Positions 40,111 to 51,920 of a DNA stretch of 64,000 bases are shown here, in pieces; within the stretch, counting starts at the first letter, position 1; each line of letters starts with the position of its first letter. A program made the translations under genes and the position numbers. Source of the DNA: Rhina ancylostomus. Taxonomy: Eukaryota. The stretch is from NCBI GenBank assembly GCA_030265395.1, contig JARFYF010000036.1:26695627-26759626 (forward strand), read 5' to 3'. The notes below the pieces were generated by a model that worked only from the letters and a program-made list of their open reading frames with translations, had not been told where the DNA came from and did no database searches.

Positions 40111-41404
40111 ATTTAAAAGAAAAAACCTCTAAAACATGCAAAAACAATTTAAAAATATTTAATTAATCTCAATGAATTTAAACGTATGTGAACTATCATA
40201 TCCTTTGAGGCCTTCCTCACCATTGAAATGGAGTATGTAGGCATCTATTTTATTCCCTTTTGAATCTATTTTGTATTTGCTTATGTGCCCTCTAGTCCCT
40301 TTTATTTCAAGCTCATCTAACATTTTCTACAGTGTCTAACCTGGCATGTTCCTCCATGATGGTGATTTGCATGAAGTTGGCGCTCTGTTGCCAGACACCA
40401 TAAAGCAGTCCAACATTAGAGCAGAGCAAATGCTTGTCAGGAAGCTTGTAGTTTAAGAGTAAGGAAGTCCTGATCTTCTTAAAGTGCCAGAAATTCAACC
40501 AGGACATTAAATAAATGGACTAGAAGGTTTGTATGGAGAGAGAAAAATTAGATTTTAAAGGAAAATAAATGGAAATTTGTGTATTGATGAGAGGGTATGA
40601 TAATCAGGGTCAGATAGTTTAATGTTAAGAGTACACAAGTAAATAAAGTCAATTCAAGGAAATAGAAATAAAAATAAAAGCATTGTATTTGAATGCATGA
40701 AATACATGAAACAAAATAGATGAAGTGATGGAACAAATGGAGATTAATGGGTTTGATCAAATCGACATAAGAGACATGGTTACATGTTGATCAAGGTCGG
40801 GAATTAAATATTCCAGAGTCCTTGAAGTTTCAAAGAGACAAACAAATAAATATAGGGTGGGTGTTATAGAGTTTGTGGTGGGGAAGAGAGGAAGTTATAT
40901 AAAGGCAGTACTGAAGAATATTTTTCCAGAGCTAAAACCAGGGTGTGGAATTAGTAATTGTAAGTGATAACAAACAACATAATGTGGCTATAATTTCCGA
41001 GTTTCCTAATTTCAGCATTACAGTTGAAGCAAGAAATAAATTAAAAAGTAAGATGGTCTTGAAGCAAAAATGACTTAATAATTATATTAAGTCATTCTAT
41101 TTAGATGGAGGAAGCTTTACATAGATTGAAGAAATACTATTGCGGGAGCCCTGGCTGAACTATATGCAGCCTCCAGAAGACTGAAGGCTGGCTAATGTTG
41201 TATCTTTATTTATGATGGCTCCAAAGAAAAACCTGGTAACAGCCACATCTGTGGGAAGAGAAACAACCTTAAAGCTTCAGGTCAAAGACCTTTGTCAGAA
41301 CTGGGAAGACTTGTTATTTGCAGCAGATCTGTCAAGTGTCAAAATAAAAGGAGATGAGTGAAAACGGAGAGGAACAAAGAAGTGATGGAACTGTGAGATT
41401 CACA

Positions 41405-42200
41405 ACACTGCAGTTGCTGGAAATCTGAAATAAAAGAACTCTAGAAATTCCCAGTAGATCAGGCAACATCAATGGAGAGAGAACACCTGTCACAATATTG
41501 AGCAAGGAGCAAGCTCACAGAGAACCCAGATGCAGTATCTTGTGTCTTCACCAGGATGTTGCCCAGTTTGGACTATTTTAGTTACAAGATTGGATAGGCT
41601 GGCATTGTTTTACCTGAAGGGGAGGAAGCTGACAGGTGACCTGATGAGGTCTACAAAATGAGGGGGATATAAAGAGTAGATAGTAAGAATATTATTCCCC
41701 ATGGTAGGGATATCTAAAGCAAGATGTTTTATGTATAAGGTGAGAAGTAGGAGGTTTAAAGGGTCATGGGGGGAATATTTCTATGCAGACAGTGGTTAGA
41801 ATCTGGAACGTGCTGCCTGAAAAGGTAGGGGAGGCAGGTACTCTAACTGTCACAATGTTGACCAAACTTACAGAGAACCTAAATGTGGCACACCGATACA
41901 AGACTGGAGTCAGGATACTTCCTCAGGACAAACACAGGCAGCAACTGGAAGGAATCTNNNNNNNNNNNNNNNNNNNNNNNNNNNNNNNNNNNNNNNNNNN
42001 NNNNNNNNNNNNNNNNNNNNNNNNNNNNNNNNNNNNNNNNNNNNNNNNNNNNNNNNNTCAGGTGTGTGTCATTATGTAATCAGTCCAGCATGGAATCCAT
42101 GTGCTGGACAACAAGGCATTAAAAGGAGCCAAATTGAGGGCCAGAACCCAGAACCATGACAACATCAGAGTTAATGATATAAGTTGATGACCCTTCATCA
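41405..42200. mobile_element. Nested cluster: a Penelope arm interrupted by LTR sequence (41488-42161) that contains a CR1 fragment (about 41545-41847) and a second LTR start (41848)
   Basis: The arm reads ...catcaatggagagaga acacc|TGTCA...TGACA|acatc agagttaatg...gacccttcatca. The CR1 piece reads accaggatgttgcc...ggaacgtgctgcctga. Confidence 0.75.
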
Positions 42201-42229
42201 TCAATATTATCAATATCAATATTATCAGT

Positions 42230-42960
42230 ATCAAAAATACTGCAATAATATAGATTTTTCCATTTTAACTCCTGACCAGAATAAACTATGCGTAGACTAA
42301 TATTGTCAACTGTCTAATCCTGAAACAAATATCTTAACCACCTTATCCATCTGTCCTGCTTCCTACAGGAATCTATAATTGTATTCCAGAGTTCCTCAGT
42401 CCACTGTGCTTCACAACATCCTGCAATAGATTGTATTTCCACACCATCTGCCTCCTTTACCCTCTCCAAGTGAACTACCATGCACTTTCTTGGATTGTAA
42501 TCCATTTGTCATTTCCATGCCCAACTGACCAGTCCATTGATACCTTGCTGCGATTTCAGACTCCTTCCTTAATGTTTACCCCTCAGCTAATTTTCATCTG
42601 CAAAGTTCTTAATTTTGGCTCCTAGATTTAAGTTTAAGTCATTGATATATACTACAAAAGAGAGGGATCCAGCTTTGAATGCTGTTAAATTCCACTGCAA
42701 ATAACTGTTAAGTTACATCAATGCCTGTTGATCATTATCCTTTGCTTCCTGCCACAGAACCAGTTTTGGATCTGGCTTGCCACTTTACTTTGGGATCCCA
42801 TCCAGTTTTTTTTGACCACTTTGCCACATGGGACCATGCCAGAAGACTTGTTAACACCCATATGGACACATAATTTATGATTATTCTGGTGTTTAATCAA
42901 AAATACTGCAATAATATAGATTTTTCCATTTTAACTCCTGACCAGAATAAACTATGCGTA
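42230..42960 (+). repeat. Perfect 65-bp direct repeat (42230-42294 and 42896-42960) around a decayed minus-strand CR1 fragment
   Basis: atcaaaaatactgcaataatatagatttttccattttaactcctgaccagaataaactatgcgta occurs twice. The CR1 remnant KVASQIQNW...RKQRIMI lies between them. Confidence 0.88.
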
Positions 42961-43600
42961 TTGTTAAACCTGAAGCTTTATGCTTTACCTGCAAATAGGA
43001 CCAGGAGAATTCTGGCAACAGATTTGCCTGATATAGAGATTTATATGGAATCAATATCCTTGCTAGACTTTCTAACATCATCCAAAAATAAAGATGCAGA
43101 TGTGAAATTATAATGTGCCAGATCCAGAATACTAGCTGGAATTGACACGATATGTAATGTCTCTAATTATCCACATTCCCGGGACAAGTCCACATTCATC
43201 TCCTCTGTGTTCTAGACGTATAGGCTCTCCATGGTAATTAGAAAGACCATGTATGAAGATGGGGTGTTGAGCCACATATGCTGAACACACTAGCTCATTT
43301 ATGTATGAACAAAATGTAAACTAAAACTAATATTGGAAACATATGGTCAAATTGTAAATCAAAACAAAATGAATTTCAAAAGACCCTTACATTTAAATAA
43401 CATGTAGAAAATGCAATTGTTGAAAATCTTTAAATGAGAGTAGCTGCTGAAACTTAACAGCTGAATTTTTTTTAATATAAAAAGTAAAGAATTAACATTT
43501 CACCTTTCTGAACCGTGACTTCAATCATACTTAGATCTACCCTCAGGGCTACTTCAAATTGGTGAAAAGAATGCAAAATCTGCTAGTCTAATTTAACTGC

Positions 43601-43868
43601 AGCAACACAAAAAGCTGGAGGAACTCAGCAAGTCAGGCAGCATCTATGGAGGGAAATGGACGCTCAACATTTTGGGTCGAGACCTTTCATCTGGCCTGAA
43701 AAAGAAGAGAAAACGTGGTAGAAATGATGATCCCTCTACAATCTCAGTCCAGATGAAGGATCTTGACCCGAAATGTTGACTGCCCATTTCCCTCTACAGA
43801 TGCTGCCTGACCCACTGAGTTCCTCCGGCTTTTTGTGTCTTGCTCCAGATTCCAGCACCTTGTGTCTG
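43601..43868. mobile_element. Penelope-derived fold-back element with about 100-bp arms and a variant hammerhead-like core (CAGAUGA)
   Basis: Arms at 43601-43699 and about 43744-43845. Motif cagtc-CAGATGA-aggatcttgaccc-GAAAT-GTT-gactg at 43745-43782. Confidence 0.82.
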
Positions 43869-44903
43869 CGTCAATTCCATGGCTCCTAGTTCTACTAAAA
43901 CCAGCTAATTATTTATTTAAAAAGATTAAACATACTTTCACATGGGTGTAAGATGTATCTCATCTCTTAAAGCTCAAATTAGACATCTGTAATTTTCGTC
44001 ATATTTAGAACACTGCATCTACCCATTTTAAATGTTGAGGTGAAGTAATCTGTGGAATGCTTAAACAGACTGTATATTTGTTCCAGCTATGGTCTCTAGA
44101 ATGAAGTCTTCATGATAATTAAGATTATTGTGCTAATTAAATCTAACTTCCTTGTTCATACAATAGAAAAAAATGTTTTGTTTTGAGGTGATTGACTCTC
44201 TTATGAGTCTTAAGAAATCTAGTTAATGAACAGTTGTCTAAAAGCTACAGAATTAATTGTGTGACTTAAGTGAGCAAAGCACTTTCAGTCTCAGGTAATT
44301 TATATGGCAGGCAATATAATGTTTGTACACAATAGCTATATAATAGGATTATTAATCTACTGGCATTGCTTTCTGCATAAAATGAATGTGTATAACCTTC
44401 CATCAAAATGTGTGTTCAAGGTCAGGTTGGATTGACTCATTGGTAACTTGTCAAATAGTGGGTTTGCACTTCAGTCTGTGTAGCTTGTTCCAATCCGTAA
44501 ACTTATCTTTTTGTGATGGGGAATTAGGTAAAGAGACACTAGTGAAAGCCCTTCCTGCCACATGCTTTCATGAACGTAGCCAGTGTCTTCAGCAGTTAGA
44601 CCACTGCGATCAGCAGTGCAACATAGGGTCATTATTAACCACAGATGTGGGCAGTGTTTGTTCCCTCATATCTATTCAATTGTCCTGCTGTAGGAACTGT
44701 TACTCATGAACTACATGAAGCAAAGATAATACCTTAAAAAGAAAAAAGTGGATGGATAATTGTATTGTGCAAGTCAAACTCTTTCAAAAAGCATAAAATC
44801 TAGNNNNNNNNNNNNNNNNNNNNNNNNNNNNNNNNNNNNNNNNNNNNNNNNNNNNNNNNNNNNNNNNNNNNNNNNNNNNNNNNNNNNNNNNNNNNNNNNN
44901 NNN

Positions 44904-45113
44904 AAAAAGCTGGAGGAACTCAGCAAGTCAGGCAGCATCTATGGAGGGAAATGGACAGTTGACATTTCAGGTTGAGATCCTTCATCAGGACTAGTTTCGA
45001 TCCAAAACATCAACTGTCCATTTCCCTCCATAGCTGCTGCCTGACCCGCTGAGTTCTTTCAGCTTCTTGTGTGTTGCTCCAGATTTCCAGCATCTGCAGT
45101 CTCTTGTGTCTCC
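44904..45113. mobile_element. Penelope-derived fold-back element with a minus-strand hammerhead-like motif
   Basis: Inverted arms. The reverse strand of 44956-44992 reads agtc-CTGATGA-aggatctcaacct-GAAAT-GTC-aactg. Ends in ...gcatctgcagtctcttgtgtctcc. Confidence 0.82.
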
Positions 45114-45432
45114 AGTCTAATTTAACCATATTTTTTATTTTTACCTGGGTGAAGGATATTGTTTTCCGTGGAGGGGATTTTTCCCATTTCAGATATCCAC
45201 TGTCAGCACCCACATTTTCAGATCAGGTACAGCTCAGATTCTTCTCTGCCAAAAATATGCCCCAGCTGCAGTGTAAGAAGCATGACAGTGCGATGTGCTC
45301 CAAATTAGAGAGATCCTACATTGCTCACTAGGTATTAGATTGTAACTCCCTGAATTAATTTGAAGAGGCTGTTTGTCCCAACCAGTCCATGTGAGTCTTT
45401 ATCCTGTGAATCTAGTAATTTTAATCTCATAT

Positions 45433-45600
45433 GGAGTCACAGAGTCATACAGCACGTAAACTTAACCTTTGGCCCAGTTGGTCCATGCCCATCACAATGC
45501 CCCATCCAATCTAGTCCCATCTGCCAGCATTTGGCCCATTAACTTCTAAACCTTTCCAATCCATGTACCTGTTCAACTGTCTTTTAAAAGTTGTGCTTAC
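45433..45600 (-). mobile_element. CR1 3' tail fragment
   Basis: gagtcacagagtcatacagc...ggcccagttggtccatgccc...tccatgtacctgttc. Confidence 0.65.
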
Positions 45601-47545
45601 CATTTCCCCTTGCCTCCTTCTCCCCTTTGGTTAAAGTTTGCATCCTATTTTATAATCTAATATGTCATAATTATTGACATGGGCCTCTACTTTAAGCATC
45701 GACTGATAATGCACTTCACAGTCTCATGACCCTCTGAGTAAAATTGGTTGCCTGTTCTCTTTCCTTAATATCTTACATTTTACTTTACATTCATGTTGTC
45801 TCATTCTGGACCACCCAATCACATAAAAAAAGATCAGGATCCTAAAAATTAGCAGATAAAGCACTAAACATTCCATCAGTCACAACTGGGAATAAACTCT
45901 GTGAAAAAGGTAGAAATAGAATGTGCCATGCAAAATGCTTGCCCAGCAATCTGAATTCTTCCCATTAGAAAGTCATGTCAATTCTTCTTCAGAATATATT
46001 TTTACAGTTTTATTTTGCTTTCTAATGGACAAAAGGAAAACTACAACATCTGCCAGTGTTTGCTCATTTTAACATTCATTTCTGCCATTAATGTCATTAA
46101 ATAACAGCACAAAAGCTTGCTTGCTGTGTTTGATTATTAATAAGGAATTATGAAGGAATAACTGATTGGTTGCATGATAGAGGAGGTTAACTGGTTACAC
46201 TCTGGTACCTCTGACTTTAAGAGTTTGATTCTTTTTCCCCCTTTCTGCTTTTTTTGCAATAAGAATTGAGGGCAGTTGAGGAAATTGCATGAATATACCT
46301 CACCGCCAGCTTCCGTTTCAGGCTACATAATGTATGTCGGGGGAACCAGAATCATCAAAGCTTGGCTTTCAGTAAAAAGAATAACTGCCAGGATTTTTTT
46401 TACAATACAACAGTGTGCACTTTCTTTAGCTATCAGACTGCTTTTTACCTCCAGGGAAAGAGATGGAGACATTGATATGAAGGCAAAATGGGAAGTGCAT
46501 AGCTGCAGGAAAATTTTATTTTTTTTCTATTTGGAAATTCACTATCTGTGAAAGAACTAATTGCTAACATGCTTCTGCTGAATTTGAAACAACAGAGGCT
46601 ACCAATTCCTCTGAGAGACTGTCCATCGATCTATCTGTATCTGCACACCAATATATAAACACTGTATATTAGAGACAGGTCACTTAACTGGCATGATACC
46701 TTGTTTTTTCCAGTGGTTTTGTATATATATTTTCTCAGTTTGTCCTCCTGTTATTGTGCATCCTGTTTTGTTCAGAAATTAGATTAACTCTTGCAAATGC
46801 TGTGTCAGGCAGAGTAGCCTTAAGGTGCTGCATCAACAGTCATTTGGTTCTAATTATTCACCACTTTAAGGTTTTACATAGTCTCTGTTCATTCAGAGGG
46901 AACTTTGGATTTAGTTCATTCATGAACAGCAAATTTATAAATAAAAGAAATAATTAAAATCAAATATCTTCCATCTTCATACAGTTGCAAATTTTCAATT
47001 AGAAATGACAAAATAAACATAAATTGTCCAATCTTTGGGATTAACTTTCCTCTAACACTGTTTGAACATGTTGTCAAGCTTGTCATATGAAGACCTGAGT
47101 TACAGAGCACCAGTCAGTTCCAGAGAATTTGTTTTGCTCAGGGCACATTTTAACATTACAAAGGAAAGGTAATTTAAGAAACTTTTACATTAAGAATTGA
47201 TAAGTGCATGTCAGGACTAGTAAGGATGAAAAATGAAAATATTAAAATAATTTCTAAACATTGCTTGGTTTTGAACCAATCCCAGCTGTGATTTCTTCTT
47301 CTCAATGAAGCTGTACTGGGTTTCCAGTTGGTAATTTAAAATAAAATTTTTAAATGGAATTGCTCATTCCTTTTTTATCTTCTTATTACCTAGGAAACAA
47401 TTTTAATTATGAGAAAAATTCAGAAAAATTTCATTTAATTTGCATTAACACTTGGCAGTGAAAAAATCAGAAAATTAAAATCTGCTGTGAAATTAATTAG
47501 TGAAAAAGAAAGTTTTTATTATTGTAGCAAAATCACAAAGTAACT

Positions 47546-47758
47546 GGAACAACAAACAATCTGCTGCTGGAACTCAGCGGGTTGAGCAGCACCTGCAAGA
47601 AGAAAGGAATTGTCGACGTTTCAGGTCAAGCCCTGCGTCAGGACTCAAAATGTCGACAATTTCTTCCCTCCCACAGATGCTACTCAACCCACTGAGTTCC
47701 TCCAGCAGATTGTTTGTTGCTCCAGTTTCCAGCATCTGCAGTCTCTCGTGTCTCCGTT
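47546..47758. mobile_element. Penelope-derived fold-back element with an 11-bp TSD and a hammerhead-like motif
   Basis: TSD acaaagtaact at 47535-47545 and 47759-47769. The reverse strand of 47612-47645 reads agtc-CTGACGC-agggcttgacct-GAAAC-GTC-gac. Confidence 0.85.
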
Positions 47759-48846
47759 ACAAAGTAACTTTTGGCTTTGAAATTTCACTGTGGCGTCATC
47801 GCCTTCAAACACATCCCACATTCAGGTAAAATCTATCTCTGCAATTTTTCAGCAGTAACAGTTCCCTAAAATATCAGAAAAAGATATTTCAAGAATATAA
47901 TTTTGTTTGTTGATTAAAATCCTGTGGTCTGATGTCAGGGCATACCATACAATATTTTATTTTAAATTACAAGTTGTCATTTATAATTTTTATTAATGAA
48001 ATATATACTTATTTGGAACTAATTTTAGAATACATCATGGTCATACAATAAGTAGCTCTTGTCAGAACTATGACCCATTTAATACCCAAAGCCAGTTTAA
48101 CTTGTAATGCTGCAGGTCACATTTTTCAGAAGCTTATTAAATAACTTCCATTAGAAATAGGTAAGGAACACTGATGTCTACCTTCTAACCAGCAACTAAA
48201 TGAGCAAGTCTTTGAGATTTTGTATTAGACTTATCAACTGTGCTGACATTACACGGTTTTACTGAGAAAAGTAACTGGGAGAAAATCATACCAGGAAAAT
48301 CTGGTGATTTGTTGATTGTGTAGAATACTGCACCTTCAACCAACCTAAACATTACCTTTTAGCAGACTGACTATGGTGACTAAGAGGTTTCTGTTAGGGG
48401 TTATGCCTAATAAGCTTATCATAGGAATTCCAAATCCGTATTACAAAATATAAGGATCTTTTATTCCTTCAACCTTTTTGTTTATAATATTTACATATGA
48501 CAATGTCTGGAAGAGCTTACAAGAATTATACAAAAATGTTAATCATTCAGTGAAGGTAGTAGTATCATTCTAACAATCAGTGCCCAAAACAAAACAGGCA
48601 TCTTGCTAGCAAGTGGAGATCATAGTATGGACATAATTGCATGAAAATTGAAACTACCCTCTAACAGTTTGCCCAGATGTGGGAAGTGTGTGGACTAGGA
48701 NNNNNNNNNNNNNNNNNNNNNNNNNNNNNNNNNNNNNNNNNNNNNNNNNNNNNNNNNNNNNNNNNNNNNNNNNNNNNNNNNNNNNNNNNNNNNNNNNNNN
48801 TGCACAGATGTGGGAAGTGTGTGGAATTGGAGAAATTCACACACTA

Positions 48847-49075
48847 AATTCCCGTTGCTGTCTGTAAGGAGTTTGTACGTTCTCATCGTGTCTGCATAGA
48901 TTTCCTCTTGGTGCTCCGGTTTCCTCCCACATTCCAAAGCCGTACAGGTTAGGAAGTAGGGCATGCTATGTTGGTGCTGGAAGTGTGGTGACACTTGTGG
49001 GCTGACTCAAGAGCACTCTACGCAAAACATGCACTTCACTGTGTGTTTTGTTGTACATGTGACTAATAAAGATAT
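48847..49075 (+). mobile_element. V-SINE
   Basis: ctgtaaggagtttgtacgttctc...ggtgctccggtttcctcccacattccaaag, ending in a Rex1-like tail gtacatgtgactaataaa. Confidence 0.82.
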
Positions 49076-51706
49076 CTTATAAATGGCAAGAGGTGTTCTT
49101 CTGAAGTTGTAATTAAGGCATGTTACTGGGACATGCCACATTATTTGTGGATGCTGTACAACACTGGGTCTTAATGTGGGAATTCTTGACAGGGAGAGTA
49201 TGAAGTGTGACTAATCTAATGGTTAGGAAGAATGAGGAAAGACCAAGGAAGGTATTGGTTTGAAAATATAAAGACAGATTACCTTGAGGTAAATAGTTTT
49301 GTGATGAAGATCTTTGCCAGAATGTACAACTTGGATCTCAGAATGGTGTTAAATGCTAGTACAAGTTTAGGTAAAGTTACTCTTGGGAAATAAAACTATT
49401 ATTATTGAGATATATTTTCTCTGGAAGTGGATATATTTGCATCAGCTTTTCATGTGTAAATCATGCAAAAATATTGACTATTTTAAGTCATTTTATCCAC
49501 ATGTCGGAAGCCCTCCACCCATACACCCCCACTGGAAAATTGGCCAGGCATTTCATGTTGCAAACCACCTTGCACAGGTTTCATTTCCCTGTCATGTTTC
49601 CTGCACACGACAGCATCATCAGCATGCATGGCTTGCTTTAGTACAGAAATTGGTTCAAAATAATCATAATAAAGGAGCAAAACACAGTGAAAATAGTGAA
49701 TGCCCCATTATGTAAAAGGACATTGCTGGGATATTAATATTATATTTTATTCATCGCCCACTATTTTCTCCATGGTAGTTATTGCAGCTCTTGGCTCATC
49801 CATGGCTTAACTGCAGCATCTGCCCGCTGTCCCAGTTGGTCTGCTCCATAGCCTAAGGTGCCTGTGTGCCATTAAAACCCTCTCCCAATGATTCCCCCTC
49901 CATCCCTCTACTTTCCCTCCTCCATTTCTCTCCAAAATGCTTTAGTGTTTCTTAAAGGAAACAAATCATGTTACCAATTTCTTAAAACAAGTATAATTAG
50001 TTCAGCAACAATGACTAAAGTCTAATTTACAGGCAAACATGTTCATAGAGAGTGATTTAAATAAAAATCTAGCCAAATTTTGCGCATACTAGGGCACTAC
50101 AAATTTATTGGTATGGTATTTGTAAAAAGCTAAGTGTAAAAAAAAAACTGAGTTGAGGGGATGCACAGCCCAATCTCTTGACATCCTGTCAATTTCCTGT
50201 CTAGGTTAAATATTTTTGGCATCACTTTGTTGCAGCATTATTTAGAGATAACCCAGATTTATGCCTAAATCCAGTTATGAAAAATTGCCCAAGTGAAAAA
50301 AATTACATTTGTTCTTTGCATAGATCAGATCAAGGTCCCTTATTGTGGACAATTATGAAATAAAGGCCAAGATCACTCAAACAGGCATTTATATTAAGGT
50401 GGGTGGAGCTGTGAAGGCAGTGCAGTACCACAAGCAGATCGGTCTGGAGGAAAGCATCTGTGTCTTCAGAGGTGCAATCATTCAGGGTCGTACTACTACT
50501 GTAAAGAAAAACTTAACATTTGTTATTCCCCCCTAAAATTGGAGTAAACCCCTACAGAAATTAGTCACCTTCCACTATCTTTACGAAGTGGCCATTTTGT
50601 GGTCCCTGCAAGTAAGCATGAACAGGCAATTTATACATAACCATCAGTCAAACTTTCCTCGCTCTGTGTCCTTACCTCTGTGCATGACCAGTTAGTAATC
50701 AACAGCAAGAATCCTAATTGATTTCCCCAAAGAAATCTACAATATTTGCACTACAACCATTACAGAGATAAGCCAAGACTATAACTGAAAAGCCTCCAAT
50801 ATTTTTTCAATGTTTGAAGAGACGAGAAACTTTTGAATTGAAGTCGCAATTGTAATATTTAGAACTAGCATTTTAATGATAACCCTTTGTCAATTATTCA
50901 TATAATGGCATTAATCTATTTGTTTTCATAAAATAGTTTAAAATAGCCAACAAGATTTTTGCAATACCAACTCAAACACCTTGGGCTCCATGCTTTTCTT
51001 GAAAACTCTGAACTCCACACTAGAATAACTAACCCACCAGGCAGAGTGTTGTTTAGATTCTACAGTCTTGAAATTGAGTTTAAGGACATCAAATATTAAA
51101 TGCTTGTTATGACAATCTGTAAGTATTCTCACTCATATCTAATGTCTCTATTAAAGCATAAAGTACGGAACACTTTGAAGGAAAATGTAATATATTCATT
51201 TGCTTCTATTATATGATGCAATTGCAAGATTGATGTCTTTGAAGTCTCTAACAATGTTGTGATTATATATATATTTTAATTATGACCTCAAACAGTATGC
51301 AACATATGCTCAAATCCCACACATATACAGAATGAGTAACTTATTAGAAATTTGTTGGATAATAACTTGCCAAATCTACTTTTCCTCAATCCATTTTAGT
51401 TAGAATATATATTAATCAAGCATGCTTGCTATAACCCAGCAAAGTGTATCCATTGTAATTGAATATCCATGATAAACTTCCTCATGGTAATGGCCCTAAC
51501 CATTCTGGGCTGTCAGTTGTATAGGAGGGGCAAATTGTCCCATGCTGTACATCTGGCTGATATAATAAGCATTTCACAAAAGCAGAACCATTGAAAGGGC
51601 ATATTATAATACCAATAACTCAAACTCCATCAATACACCATCTTCAACAATTAGAAGCTCTCATGTGCAAAAAGAGCTGTCACATAGAAAGCTTCTCTNN
51701 NNNNNN

Positions 51707-51920
51707 AGCTGGGTGGAGCCCACTCAGGTAATTCAAACAAGCCAATGATTCAGGGTCAAGAGCAAAGGTGGGTTACAAGCCAATCCTCAATGGGTGGGGT
51801 GGAGCCAGACCCTTGATTGACAGTGGTGTAGCTTCTGACCCAATGGGCAATGCTATCATCTGACCATGGGGGTCAGTATTGTTGTCACTGTCATCTGACC
51901 CCATGGCCTTTCACACTACA
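51707..51920 (-). mobile_element. Possible LTR U3 fragment rich in CCAAT and GC boxes
   Basis: Ends in ...cacactaCA (TGTAGTG on the minus strand). CCAAT at 51742, 51780 and 51840; gggtggagcc at 51711 and 51797; three ctgacc(c)-atgg-type repeats. It abuts a gap and I found no TSD. Confidence 0.4.

Noticed and set aside
50671-50700. Strong minus-strand donor AG|GTAAGG with a nearby ATG as an alternative first exon
   Set aside because: ATG CAC AGA G ends in phase 1, but the 14586 exon starts in phase 0. There is no other support.
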